Source: Tubulanus polymorphus
Taxonomy: Eukaryota > Animalia > Nemertea
Reading direction: 5' to 3'
DNA: 64,000 nt
Assembly (NCBI RefSeq): GCF_964204645.1
Contig: NC_134026.1
Coordinates: forward strand, 7,153,950-7,217,949
Below the pieces are notes generated by a model. That model searched no databases. It had not been told where the DNA came from and worked only from the letters and a program-made list of their open reading frames with translations. Shown here one piece after another: positions 1 through 13,368 of this stretch. Both the position numbers and the translations under genes were made by a program. Positions within the stretch are counted from its first letter, which is position 1, and each line of letters begins with the position of its first letter.

Positions 1-796
1 ATCGTCTCCGTGTGATTTTCATTCCAATTGATGAAATCCTTTCAACCTATTTTTGCACTGTATCATATCTAACAATCTAGATGAATTGTGAGGATCAACT
101 GAAAGCGTTTAAAAACCGCAGAGAAAAACGTCAAGCGCTAAGAGACATTGACTTGCATAGGGGATTAACTCTTAACAGAACTCCTGGTAGACTCAGAATA
201 CACTGAGATAGAGAAGGGCACAGTTACCGCAAATCAAACACAGATTTCAACTAAATTACACAGCCATCAATCAAAGACACTTAAATTGTCACTTCTTTTC
301 TACAAGTTACGAGAATGTTCTTAAATAAGACCCAATTCTAACCCACGGTCTTACACTTTAGTTTCCTCACCGGAGTATTTCATCATGTCAAAATTTATTC
401 GAAGATATTTCGCGTAGTTCGTTCAGAAGTACTTTGATATTTTTTTTCTAGCCCAATGTCGAAATCCATGGACACACATTCATGTCTCTGTCGCCCGATT
501 GATCTTTGAGATCGGATTATAAACACGCGTATTACTGCTGCACATCGGTACAGAAACCACACATCACTGGAAACGTCGGAGTCTCTGAAAAAAGTTTCCA
601 TCGTTAAAGCAGAAAACCATAATTAAAGAAGAAAGGTCTGCGCAGTTGCTTTGTTTAACCAGTCTACTTGTCGATTGAACAAATGTCATCAGATTTTAGA
701 ATTTGAATAGAGATCTTTAATGTGCTCGACTTGTGTTGACTCAATCAGAGGAACTACTTCTCCGTTCGGTTCTAATAATGAGATTGAACCGATTCA

Positions 797-983
797 GAGA
801 CCAATGAATCTACCATCAGACCACTGCTATTATCAGATCACTGAATTTATCTCCAGACCACCGCAATGAATCTACCATCAGACCACTGAATCTACCATCA
901 GATCACTGAATCTACCATCAGACCAATGAATCTACCATCAGATCACTGAATCTACCATCAGACCAATGAATCTACCATCAGAC
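797..983. repeat. 20-bp minisatellite (TGAATCTACCATCAGA[C/T]CA[C/A])
   Basis: About 6 clean consecutive units at ~866-983, plus degenerate units back to ~797. Confidence 0.9.
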
Positions 984-2356
984 GATGCTGAGACATAATG
1001 AAGAACCTTTAAAGGTTCTTCATTAGAACTTCTTGCTTTGAGAGTGTAAAGCAGGTTCTGATTGGTCTCCACCGATTCCGGATTCTATTCTCTTCTGGCG
1101 CGCTGTTTTGGCCGAATACGCCTTATACCTATTCCGCAATAGCATAATCATGTAAACCTGATAGAAGCGACCGGTAGAGAGAATTGCAGGGTCCTGGGAA
1201 TATTTCAAAATGCATCGCTTGCCATTTCTACGGATTCTTGTCGTTTACATTCTAAGGTTGCGCAAACAGGTTGTCCATTAATTCCACGCCCAGACCCCTC
1301 GCTCTAAAAAATGTCAGTTAAATCTGACGTTGGAGAAACGAAACCAATTCATTTCGGTGAATGAAATTACGTATCTGTAATAATCATAAAACTAAAAGGT
1401 TGATTCTCCGAGGATGCACTGAGACAATAAGGCGAACGAAACTCCCGATGATGATTCGGCGATACAGCAGTAAAATCAGCAAAATTGTGAATCTGAACAG
1501 AAACGCGCTGATTGACAATAAGACAATCAGTTTTACACGCGACGCGCTACAGTGTGACGACACCTCGAAGTATAATTGATACAATTAGGCAATTGACACA
1601 AGGGACTCTTAATATAAAAGCATAAACGGCACATATGTCGATATGAAACCAGCGGGTAAAACGTGATATTCATATATTCCAGATGAAAGGCAATATGTAT
1701 GTGTATAATAACACGTGAGAGTCAGTCGGAGGTGCGGATCTATCAGGGGATTTGAGATAACGAGGGCCTCAGAAACTGAACAGGGAGAATTAGTTCCCCT
1801 ACCTACTGATGATGACGGTAGCAGGTGAAAGACGGCCGGCCGGCCGGTCGGCGATCGAAGATGAATTCCCAACTTCTAACGCCAATAATTAACAGAGTAA
1901 TTGCGCAACACTTCGGGTCAATTTTCATGAAAAATGACTCCGCGAAAAAAAAGTATAACAAATCGACGAAGTCTGATACCACGCAATTTACAGAGAATAT
2001 ATATTGGATACTTATGTAAATGGGGAAAGTCGATTCGATGACGAGATGCAAGTCATTTGTAGTTAAAGGCAATTGTCTTATATATGAGGAGACAGTTCGA
2101 GCTTGTTTTATCTATACATCTCCGCTGTATACGCGCCAGAGAGTGTTGTAATCACACATGTTAAATTTGATGTTTACCGATTACGAAACTGACGTTATTA
2201 AAGATGAAACGCGTGCAGTATGTTTCCGGGCTTAGATCAGATACTGTAGTATGATTCGAAATGGGCTTTAGACCAAATACTGAAAATAATACACATTTTA
2301 ATGTTGATTACTCTCTCAGGGGATACACAATATACGTGTAAGATGAATATACGAAT

Positions 2357-2561
2357 TCAGCGAAAGATGAAAAGTTCTTGAATAGAAGTCTATATGAATA
2401 TATTTTGAGCAGCGTTTTTGCGATATATTTTGAGCAGCGGCTAAAGACTATCAGGCATCATCAGGCGTTACGCTGATGATGGCTAATACTGGTTAGCCGA
2501 AACGTTGCTCAAATAAATACATACTTACATTTCTATTCAAGAACTTTACATCTTTGGCTGA
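2357..2561. mobile_element. Palindromic Penelope-like-element-derived repeat with minimal hammerhead core
   Basis: Inverted arms TCAGCGAAAGATGAAAAGTTCTTGAATAGAA / TTCTATTCAAGAACTTTACATCTTTGGCTGA. The plus strand at 2473-2506 reads CTGATGA-T-GGCTAA-tactgg-TTAGCC-GAAA-CGTT. A decayed mirror copy lies on the minus strand. Confidence 0.65.
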
Positions 2562-4061
2562 TATATTAAGGGATTTCTCTGGTATAGATAATTCTCTTTT
2601 TAGATACAAAAGCCTACTACCAAAACCTACTATAACAATATGTAGTAAATCCCACATTTAGAAAGAGAAAAAACGAGTCCAAGGTTCCTTTCTTTAATAT
2701 TTGATGTTTAATGGTTAGTGATTTATTTCCGTTCAGAAATAACCTAATAGTCATCTTCAGGAAAAGAGATGTTATATGTATAGAAATTGTAATAGAATTA
2801 CAATCCAGATACAACTCAATAATGACTGTAAGAATTGAGTCGGAACTTCGAAAATGAATGATTAACTAAATAGGTAACATTTCGGACTCGTTCCTCTTCC
2901 TGAATGTGGGATCTCATATCATCGTTAATACAAGAGCTCAGGGGGTTTCATCAATGGTTACGAAAACGTATTGTTACAGCCTGAATAATAATTGTCAAAG
3001 CCTATACTATCACGTATAGAATAGTATTGATATTCAGTACTGTCTCCATAAAACGTGTTGATAAAAAGAATCGAAGAAGCGAGGGCTCTATAAATTTGTA
3101 CGTCTTAATTCAGTTGCACGGTTGTGAAGTAAATTATCGGTCTCTGGGGTTAAAATTAGAACATTTCATTGGTAATTATCTTCGCCTCTGGAGTGAACTA
3201 AAACCCACAACTGCAGAGCCGAGTGCAAATTCGAATATACCTAGTCATTGAATGGGAAGTCGAACTAACCCCGAGGCGGTATAATCCGGGTAAAAGTAAC
3301 AGAGTCCTGAGTAAAATTAGGTACTGATTTTGGAGGCATATCAAAGCCACACAACTCAAACTCGTAGCTGTAGAATTTTGTTCAGAGTCAAATTAAACCC
3401 GCAGTGATTTGACTGGGTTTTGTCTTTGATGTGCTATGAGGATCTCTCGCGTGATGCGGTGGAAACCTCGTGGGATCTCGGGAACACGGATTATCTATGG
3501 TGGAGACTTCACGAAGAACCTTAGCATATCAGATGTACCATGAACCAATCGTAAAGTGGCGCGGATCACTGTGGGAACAACCGAATCCTGGACTGGGGGA
3601 AGTGGAGACTGGATCCTTACAGTAATTATCTGATATATGAAAAGAGATATGAAAAATCAGGTTCGGGGGTAGCGAACGAACCTCCTAAAATTTCGGTGTC
3701 AGCGTAAAAAAATTCAAGTCAAGTCAAGATTTTTCGAAAATTAGATATAATTTTCATGTAATTTTTCTTTTTAAATGAAAAGTAACAATTCCGTAAAAGT
3801 GTTCAATTATTTGTAAATATGTTTTTGTTGATTATTAACAAGACGTTTAAGTTTGGGTTATCGAAAAAAAATCAAATTTAAGATCTCTCCTTTTTCAAGA
3901 GGAAAGTGCCCCTTTTCACAGTGAAAAGGTGCCCTTTTTCTTGAAATAGAACTGCCCCCAAAAAAGCTCGGCACGGGCCTGCGATATACCACCCGCCCGT
4001 ATCAATGGTTTAGGATTATATCGGTATAGAGAGGGTTAAAGTTATAAGATAAAGAACAATA

Positions 4062-4125
4062 CCCGGTTGTATAGACTGGTAGTATTAACCCCCGGGTTAA
4101 AGATGATACCAGTCAATAAAACTGG
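4062..4125. mobile_element. Short palindromic MITE of the abundant CCCAGTT/AACTGGG-ended family
   Basis: Arms CCCGGTTGTATAGACTGGTA / TACCAGTCAATAAAACTGGG surround the central palindrome TTAACCCCCGGGTTAA. Related ends occur at ~16665-16752, 34917-35042, 44479-44617, 51140-51220 and 59214-59360. Confidence 0.5.
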
Positions 4126-4329
4126 GCTCAGAGGTCCCGTTCAAGGTACAGCCTTTTTGAAAATCTAGTGAGTGAAACGGAGTGAAATGGAGTACGCGCG
4201 GATAGCGGTATATCGAGGTACTTTCATTCACACATTCATCAGCAGTAATTGTAACATTGACTTCGATGTTGATGAATAACTTTTACGTATTTACATATTT
4301 ATCTAGCTCGTTATTGACGTATTACATAC

Positions 4330-4775
4330 CTGTCTACGGCAATAGCCAGGAAAGTGAAGACACTCGCTGTTATTGTAGCCACCGAAATAAACAACGAATA
4401 CTTGCAATAAATTCCTCCGAACGGCCAATCCCCGTGTAGCATATAAACAAAGTTAAACATCACCGTAAAACCTGAAATACAAGTATCGGCGACGGCTAAA
4501 TTCACCAGGAAATAGTTAGTGACCGTGCGCATTCGTTTGTGCGCTAAAACGATCCAAATCGTGATCAAATTCCCGCCGACAGCCACTAAACACATCGGTA
4601 AAAATAGAGCGTAGAATAACGCCTGGTGCGACATCGGCATTATGAACTGATTAGTTTGATTTTCTTCATTTTGGCACCGATTTAAACCACCGCTAGCGTC
4701 GTCGCCGTAAATCAACGTCGAGTTCGAATCGTTCAAACTACTGACGTTTACGTTCAGTTTCGTTACGTTACTCAT
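4330..4775 (-). CDS. TACR: Tachykinin (neurokinin) receptor-like class A GPCR, first coding exon (N-terminus, TM1-TM3); later exons not found in the window
   Basis: The translation has N-glycosylation sequons in the N-terminus and WIVLAHKRMRTVTNYFLVNLA, nearly identical to vertebrate NK receptors. It also has HGDWPFGGIYC and AIAVDR. The exon ends at donor AG|GTATGT (GT at 4329-4328) in phase 2 inside the DRY motif, the intron position typical of TACR genes. Confidence 0.92.
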
Positions 4776-6615
4776 GACGACGATGTTTTTTACGTATACG
4801 GGTCCTGGTTTATTTTTGTCCGCTCCGTTCGTTAACCGACTTTACGAAATTAACCGCACCATCACGAGAATCGTACGGACATGTCAAATTGTCACCATTA
4901 TCAAACGTGGATCGTTAGTTTCTTTTCTGCCCGTCTTATAAATAATGAGAAACGGATAATGCTGTTTGCATTTATAGGAATATTCTAGGTTAAACAGGCG
5001 GACATCGCGTCTGTTAATGACAATGCACCGGCGGTGGAACCGCGTGTCTCATCCCTGTCATCTCTTTAACGCGTATTAGCTTTGTTAATAACGACTTCAC
5101 CGATCAACTGCCTTCACGTGGCACGCCGCACTTTCTTCACGTAATCCTAGTTTTACCGCGACGCGTTTCGGAAATCTCTTTTTTATATTCGCGCCAGCGT
5201 TTTTTCCCGTCCGTTCCAATCTCGCGCGCGGTGTTGCTGACAACTTTAAGCCCGAATTGTTTGTGCGGGTGACGTGTTTGAATTAGAATATTTCACGGAT
5301 GGTAAGACTACAAACAGGCAGCCTCTCGCGACCAAACGGACAAAACAATTGACTTCGGTAACAAGATTGACTTCGCGGAGAATGCCTATTTCTGTTGTTT
5401 GTCTATGTGTTTGTTATGCCGCGGAGTTGACCATCAGTAAACTCGCTGACAGGACTGTCTCGGCCGCTGGACCGACGAATGATAATCAACGATGTACGTA
5501 CAAGTATTTCGACTATTTCGCCGAGTAAGTCAATGTCAATGTCGTGAACGGCATAAGCTAATCCCGGATTTACGGCACTAGCATCGTGTTAATCCAGGTT
5601 ATATTAGTTACGAGATGAAAGGCAATTGCTTGGCATCTCTCTGATCTGATATCATGGATGACGTCAATTATGATGGTTTGCAGTTTACGCATTTAATGCC
5701 CATCTACCTTAAGGACACCCGCTGTTTAACGGTTCTGAACTTGCGGCTGAAAAAAACGAAAATTATATCACTTAAAATAAGGGTCTTACTTTGAAGATTT
5801 TGTTTCACTTATACTAATAATTCAAGGACAACACGTTTAGCCTTTAGTTAACTGAGTTGAGACTCAGGGAAGTCAGTTAGGATCATTTGAGCACTAGGGA
5901 AATTGAAGGTTACCATGTATATCTTAATGGTTAAATTGACTTGACTTAACAATTTGACCTCTCGTTATTATCAGACTTGGCATCATGTTTCCACGGATCG
6001 AAAAATCGTTCTTCAATTCTTCTTTTAACGTTTCAATCTTTGGCTGAATTTATTGTGGGATTTCTCTCGTATTGACTGGATTGAGTACGGAGAATCCTAC
6101 GTTATGTAACGTAGACTTTTATGAACAAAAAGACACAGAAAGCGATGCAAGCTTGAGCATAAGTTGCAGCTACGAGCAATCGTTGAGATGATTACTCGTA
6201 CGTTGCGGGTAGAGAGAGGACCGTTCCCAGTTTACAGAAAACGTCTTACGCAAAAAGTAAAAACATCTTCAGAAAAAAAATTCCGGACCAGAATAATGAT
6301 GGCAGAATAAAGATGTCCTGTTGTCAGGCCAGTCTCGATCGAGCTGCGTAGAAAATTGGGTAAACATGCTTCGACGGTGGATCCAGTCAGTTAATGGTAA
6401 CTAGGTTTATTACGCTTTTGGGAAACGCTGTGGACCTGTAGTAGTTACTATCGGGTGTAGGAACAGTAGAGGCGAGGGCAGATAGATCGTTCACTGAAGA
6501 ATGGGCTCGCATTAGACTAATGGCTCTAGATTTAAAAATCGTTAATAAATCACCGATACGATCATTGAATAGACAATTGCTAATGAAGACGACATATACC
6601 CTTGGTATTGGCTTC

Positions 6616-6687
6616 TCCCATATGGTCTAGTGGTTAGGATTCCTGGCTTTCACCCAGGCGGCCCGGGTTCGATTCCCGGTGTGGGAA
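6616..6687 (+). tRNA. tRNA-Glu (TTC)
   Basis: TCCCATATGGTCTAGTGGTTAGGATTCCTGGCTTTCACCCAGGCGGCCCGGGTTCGATTCCCGGTGTGGGAA folds as a full cloverleaf. It has A and B boxes and a TTTTT terminator just downstream. Confidence 0.97.
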
Positions 6688-8847
6688 TAAGCATTTTTTA
6701 GATAGCTGATAGCTGATTTTTATAGATAGTTGATTTTTTATAGAAAAATCGATAAAAGCACTGGTTATATTATGTAAATTTGTCTCAAATGAATTTTTTA
6801 AGAGGAACGTAGACAAAAAATCAGCGGCTTGCAGCTTTCAAAAAGTTTATCATTAACTATCTTTTTTTAATTTCACTTAGCTTTGAAGGTCGTTTTTTAA
6901 ACCTTGAACTTGGAAATGGCCATGGCAGCTTCTCGGAATAAAAAACAATCCATTACATTTTCAACATCATAGGAAAATCCGAACACAATGAATATATTCA
7001 ATGATATTCACTGTTCCGCATCAAGGCGTTATGTTGCTGATTTCTTTCATTTTGATTTCGCGAAAAATTTACAAATTAAATTCTTGATGCCGGTTTTTCG
7101 TGCATTATTCTGACTTCTGTCTTCAAAGATAAATCGGATCTTTTAATTTGTCTAATCGAACGAATTTCTTCCTCGGTTTCGATAACAGCAATATTAACCC
7201 GACGTTGCTATTTTGATGTATTTTCGTAAACGACCTTAAAAGATCGCGAATCGGAAATCTTTTTCGTCGAATTCCGACGAGTTCTGAGGGGAAAATTTCT
7301 TGTATAACTTCAAGAAGCCAACTCACGCAAAATGTAGATAATTAGACCGCGTAAGCCGCTTTGAAACATAGAATCCGATTTGTATACAGGGCTGAATATA
7401 GTAGAATTTACTTCATAAATCATGTACGATGAGACTGATAAGACTGATATGTGGCGAGCTCGGATCCGCGCGGTCATTTCCGCAGGACTTATCAACGGTA
7501 CGATAGGGTGACAAGTTGAATGAAGTAAATAGTAAAACTATCAAGCGTATTAAACTTATCATGACGCGTTCGTTTAAACAGTTTATAAGGCAGCAGCGCT
7601 ATCGTCATACTTAAACGTCAGTTTTGTCAGTCGCTGATCTATATCCATCAAAAGCTTTTCAACAGTACATCCATCTTAAAAAGGCTTATCGTTGAAAGTG
7701 GTTTTCGATCTTCTTACCTCCAGGCACAAACAAATATTACACGTGAAAATTGATAATGTGAATAGAATTTAGACGATATTTTTATCAAATACGTTTCATT
7801 CTCGAAATTCAGCCATGTTTATAAGAAAATTATCTGAAATTCGTTTTATCGAACATAGTTCTATATGGTTCGCTATCTGTTCATGTATCGGCACCTCATC
7901 GGTGAAATTGTTGCCAAATCAAATCCGAAACCGACGGCGGAGTCTTTTAAAAGTGACTACAGATCTGATCTGAAGACATTTCTATAGATTCAAACCGTTT
8001 TATCCAAACAAGATTTCGTTTTTAATCTGCGGGCTTTAATCACTCCGCGCATCTGAGCCAGTGTGAAGGATGCAAATGATTTCAGAATTCTTAAGATATA
8101 ATTCATTTTTCTATTTCCATACGTAGTGGTTTTTTGCAGACATCGGTTTCGTCCAGTTGAAAATACCAGGACAGGACCCATTTCCTCAGTTCAATTGGTT
8201 TATATTTGACTCTGATTCAAAACTTTGAAAATGAATTAATTCCAAACTTTACCAGTAACAGAGGAAGCAGATCCAGCGGACTGTTTTTGAGCGACGTGCT
8301 CGTATCGTACAGAAGTATAAAACTGAACATCGCTTACTGAAATTGCGACACATATTATACACAAATCACCTGTCATCAATAGGCGAGTTTCAGACGCTAC
8401 CGGAGGAATTTCATCAATTTCGTGCTGATTGAAACCTTGCCGTCGAGGTTATGAATTTCAATTCGATTTATTTTTAGGCGACACGTTCATCAGAGACACG
8501 TCAGTAACATTTAACCTTCGTCATATTCATCTACATCCACCTACAGGCATGATGAGATTATATCATCGGTGGTGTGCGTTCATATCGTGAAGTTCATTTA
8601 CTCTTGTTTAAACAGTATCTAATTAGTTATGTAGAGGTTACTCACCCCGTTACACTAACTGTTCGCATGCGTCATACTGGGCAACTTTTCAGCTAGCCAA
8701 ATGGCCAATATGACGCGATATGACGTGACCATGTGAGCACCTCTACAGGTTTAGTCAGGTCCCAACATAAAATTCGACTTCTAGACGCTTAAGTTAATTT
8801 CACGGAAAGTCTAGTAAAAAGATGTTTAACCTACTACGTATGCATAT

Positions 8848-8919
8848 TCCCATTTGGTCTAGTGGTTAGGATTCCTGGCTTTCACCCAGGCGGCCCGGGT
8901 TCGATTCCCGGAGTGGGAA
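8848..8919 (+). tRNA. tRNA-Glu (TTC)
   Basis: Same body as the 6616 copy, with acceptor stem TCCCATT/AGTGGGA and T-runs downstream. Confidence 0.97.
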
Positions 8920-9263
8920 CTCATTTCTTTTCTACATGACGTAGAAAATACTTCACTAATCTATCATCAGAGAAAGATGAATGTGTCGTCGTCTAATTCG
9001 TTTTGAAACTGATGACTTTCCTCACAGACCATCACGAAATAAACTCATTATATTAACCCGAAACGTTACAACATATCTATCTATAGCTGAGAGTGACAGC
9101 TGGAATATATCAATTAGGAAAAAAATCAGTTTCGAGATAACATCTTTATTAGGAAGTACCCGAGAAAAAAATCAATCATATTTAAATATGAAAATCGATA
9201 ATTTCATTCATATCATATAGATTTACGACACCTGTGCAACGGTTTTAAACAAATAGATGTACA

Positions 9264-9369
9264 TGTTCCCCTAGGGGTAATTTGATAAGTTTTCATATAT
9301 TCTACATCACGTTGGACACGTGTCACTCGCACTAATGATCACTCAGAAAGATTAATACAAATATCACAG

Positions 9370-9414
<45 letters not shown>

Positions 9415-9702
9415 TACATATACATTATATACATATACATTGACGAAATAATTAGAGCCGGTGATAAACAACTGGACGATAAACCGTGTCACGAATAACT
9501 GAATACGCGATTTAGTGATCACCAATTGGAATCAGGCGGCTGAATCCGAGCTTCACGAATCATGACCGGAATAAACAATTCAATAGCCAGAACTACACAG
9601 ACAAACGTCGGCCTTCGGTCGACACGGATAACGCTGGGAGAAGGCCGGTTCGCTGATGATCAGAGACGAGACAAGCATGACTTAACATCCCATCCCCCCT
9701 TA
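9264..9702 (-). mobile_element. Possible LTR-retrotransposon 3' LTR remnant with polypurine tract
   Basis: The minus strand reads AAGGGGGGATGGGA (PPT-like) directly followed by TGTTAAG at 9687. A candidate CA end lies at 9264 (or 9487). No coding remnant or second LTR was seen. Confidence 0.3.
9373..9411. repeat. (AT)n microsatellite
   Basis: About 19 uninterrupted AT units. Confidence 0.95.
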
Positions 9703-10203
9703 AAAATCACGAGTTAATCATGTGTAAATCTGCATGTATCGCATGTAATCCTCAACCTCGGCGGAAAAAAGCCAGAAAAGTTGCGTTTGATTCGATAACG
9801 CAAAGACCGCGCTTAAGTTAAGAAAAATGAGGCCGAAAAACGGCAGAAAAGGAGAGAAACTTCTACGTATATAAACAGGCAAATAAACGCGCAAAAATAG
9901 ACCGGTTTAGAGAAAATGCTGAAAAAACCTGCGAAAAAAACTTCTACGAAACTTCTCAGCAAAAAATTGTCTAGATGCGCAAAATTAGTGATATTACCTT
10001 TACAAAAATTGGACTTGAATCGGAATTTCCCGATTTCACGAAAACGTTTGATAGAGTTTATCACAAATTTCGATGATTTTTTGGAAGAACATGACAGTAG
10101 ACAAGACTAGTAGATTGAACCCAGTTCTACAGTGTCTCGGTTGATATTTGATTTCGTTGTCTATAGATTCAAACTTACAACCAACCATTCTGATCATTAT
10201 TTT

Positions 10204-10448
10204 GATCTTAAAATAGAGATTGACCCTGTAATCTATTTGATTGATAGATTCCGTTTATTTTTTCATTGATTTGGTGTCTTTTACAAATCCACCACACGCG
10301 GCAGGAGCCAAGCAGGGGGTTTGATTTTGAAATCGGAAATCGAAGTACAGATATATGGTTGTGTGATCGGCGGTTATTGGTGATGATTTTAACTTAATTC
10401 TTACCGTAGCTAACCGATAACGGTGGAACGGAATCCAGATTCTGGCTT
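10204..10448 (+). repeat. Dispersed repeat family (other copies at ~34815-34915 and ~43284-43515; reverse fragment near 12370-12405)
   Basis: Shared core CCACCACAC..GC..GGAGC.AA.CAGGGGG.TTTGATTTTGAAAT.GGAAAT. The copies at 10204 and 43284 both begin GATCTTAAAATAG.GATTG. Confidence 0.75.
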
Positions 10449-11272
10449 GTTTTTCATCAACTCCGATTGCATCGTCAACTAGTTAACAGCCCTGAAGGCA
10501 ATTTACACTGATTTAATGCCGAACTCAACTCTATCACACAATTTATATTTTTTTTCAACTCGGAGAAAAATAAAGTATCATAACAACCTTTTTAAAGATC
10601 TCTTAACTCGAGTAAATGTTTTATTAAGTTGTGAACATAGATTTCTCGTGATGACTATTAGGATATTATACGGGAGGTAAACGATGAAGGTTAAAGAAAC
10701 ATTTCCTACTCGTTTTTTCTTCTGAGCGTGTGGGTTTTTTCTATATCATCGTTACCGCACGGTTTCATCAAGATTGAACACGGCGTGCACCTTCTCCGTA
10801 ACTATCAGTAATTATTAATATAAACCGGTTCACTGCAATCTCTACACTCATTCTTAATCGCTCCATTTACCGTGTCTAATGAGGCCTCAATTTACCATCA
10901 GTTGCATCAAAGATTTCAGAAAAAATCCACTAGGAAATTATTTAGAACCAGAATGTTCAAATTGAGTGGTTTTAGATACTGATCAGCGGCTCAGTGATTC
11001 ACTAGCTCAGCGGCTCAGCAGCTCAGTAGTGGGCGCTCGCTCCATTAACTGTCTAATGATGCCTCGTCTTTCTGGTGGCCGATTTTACTTCAAAGATTTT
11101 TTAAACTTTAGGATGAAAGTCTATCCCATTTTGTGACAGATATCGAAATTCTGATCATTCTTGGAAAAAAGTATGTCATATCTGGGTCGGTGTGACTTAA
11201 AATAAAAATTGTTTGAGTAAATCTAAATAGGGACAAAGCAACGGCTTATGTGAACGTCTCATAAAAGCTATA

Positions 11273-11344
11273 TTCCCGCACCGGGAATCGAACCCGGGGC
11301 GCCTGGGTGAGAGCCAGAAATCCTAACCACTAGACCATACGGGA
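11273..11344 (-). tRNA. tRNA-Glu (CTC)
   Basis: Reverse complement TCCCGTATGGTCTAGTGGTTAGGATTTCTGGCTCTCACCCAGGCGCCCCGGGTTCGATTCCCGGTGCGGGAA. Acceptor and T stems are intact, there is one T-G pair at the top of the anticodon stem, and TTTT follows downstream. Confidence 0.93.
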
Positions 11345-13320
11345 TTAGACGGCAATACGAAAAGTTTACGATTTATATTTAGACACATCGGGCGTGCTGA
11401 CGTGTACATTTGATTGTCAAAATACTGTCAACTGTGATGTATCAAAAAACGATCGTAAGATAACTGATTCCGCTCCGTTGTATGAGTTAAGATTTGAGTT
11501 ATCTCATTGAACATTAACTCAGTTAGACAGTTAACTCAATGCATAACTGTCGAACAGTGGGTCCTGAGTTCAGAGTTAACTCTAACCATAGAATTCAAAT
11601 CAAACCAATTGATTTGAGTTCGATGGTCTTATTCACAACTGTGGAACTAGGCCCTGATGAGTTCAGAGTTAGCTCTAACTCAAAACACTGTGGAATCCTG
11701 AGTTCACTCGCGCGGTTTGAATGTTGCTAAAACTTTCAAAATCCATCCAGGGACAGATGAAATGTGATAAAACACGCATCACAGATAGTTTTTAAAAAAG
11801 AGAACAAATAATGACCCACCAATACACGACAAAAGTACCCTAACAAAATGGCTGCTAGCAACTGTAAAAAGGTTTATCAACTCTGGGTCCTGCATTGTCC
11901 TTATAACCAGGTATATATACATGTATGTATAGAAAGCGCCAACAGATTTGAAAAATCCAGGCACGTTTCCGATCCGTTCGTTAAACGCGTCCTACGATTT
12001 TTCAAATTGATCACGCTGTGATTTCGGAGTTTAACACACTTTTATCACCAGACAGTGTTAATAGGTTCTAATAGCTCTACTACATGCCGCAACATCTACA
12101 GAACTCGTTAAAATCCTCGTTCATCTTACCCACAGCGAGCCGCGCGTATATATAATGCGTTAAGAACATTCCACGATATTTTAATCAGTTTACGAAATCA
12201 ATTAATTGCACCGAATCTAAATAATCAATCAATTATCAAGGTCCCCGTGACCTAGTTCCACTGCAGTTCTCTGTTGAGATTTAGTTCTAGACATAAAATA
12301 TGGAAAATAAACTAATTTTTAACTCAAGAATCGGACTTCTCTAACAACTGATTTCAAAATCTCGCTCACTGCGCTTCGCCCCCGACAGGTGTAGTGGGTT
12401 TTTAACACACACTCATAAATAAGAGATTAACAATTTCAATTTCAATATGTCAGTCATCTACCAGGCCCCAGTTTCACGAGAAAGTTCATCTCAAATTTTT
12501 GGTTTAGTTGCTGAGTTGGGTTATTCATGTTTTCAACGAGGACAACATTTCAAACTTAAAACTTAAAGCTTAAATAAATCTGGATCCTTATAGTTAACAT
12601 AACCAACTTCCAAGCAACTGCTCATGTGGTTTGACAAAAAATAAACCATAAAATAATTTGTAAATGTACGTAGAACTAATAAGTAGGAAAATGCTAACCT
12701 TACCTGTTGGAGTTAGAGATCCTGTGGCTTGTATAACCTTGAAAATTGTGTTGAAAATCTTTTGATTAGTCAGTCTGAGTTGTAATGATAAAAAGCTGCG
12801 TTTTGGAATTTCGATGTCATTTTCGCTGTCACAAGAGGCAGAAAACAAAAAGTTTTCATCTGAACAAACTATTCTGCAGTAACCATGGAGGGTGTGAACT
12901 CCCTTCAAGCCTTCTTCGCGCGACTCCAAGGTTTTAGCTTCGGGAAAAGCTACAAAAATCCTCCGTCGATATAAACGACCGAGTCTTTCCGACCAGATTC
13001 ACATTTGCACGACAGACGTGTTTTCCGAATTAGTTTCTACTGACCCCTATAGTTTGGAAAGATGGCATTTGTCTTTTTCACTTGAAGCGTTGACGAAGTT
13101 GAGCCGAACAGCGAACAGGCGTTCTTTTCTAATTCAGAGTCCCGTTGTTATGATCATAATCGCATCCGCTTGTGATTTTTTTTTTTAATTTCCGATTTAA
13201 TTTCGTTTCAAATGCAACTAAAAAAACTTAGTCCCCGTTATCTGTTCTGCCGAGTAGCAGAGATTGAAGTCGAGTGATGACTGAAGCTCAATCACCCGGA
13301 CTCGACAGTAACAAGTCAAT

Positions 13321-13368
13321 GCCGCTGTTGCCGCCGCAGTTGCTGCCGCTGCCGCTGCTGCCGCCGCT
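13321..13368. repeat. Imperfect (GCN)n trinucleotide repeat
   Basis: GCCGCTGTTGCCGCCGCAGTTGCTGCCGCTGCCGCTGCTGCCGCCGCT; not inside any long ORF. Confidence 0.8.

Noticed and set aside
1-4329. Search for downstream tachykinin receptor exons (TM4-TM7)
   Set aside because: No minus-strand segment with receptor-like translation was recognised by eye, and the short ORFs here look random.
6634-6816. 60-aa minus-strand ORF ending FPHRESNPGRLGESQES
   Set aside because: Antisense translation of the tRNA-Glu gene, not a protein.
8632-8745. TAGAGG..CTCAC / GTGAG..CCTCTA inverted ends upstream of a tRNA
   Set aside because: Probably a small MITE, but the TIR is short and imperfect with no TSD, so no classification or regulatory role can be supported.
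12594-12929. 111-aa minus-strand ORF
   Set aside because: Non-ATG start, no recognisable domain, and it runs through a strong splice donor; more likely non-coding exon sequence.
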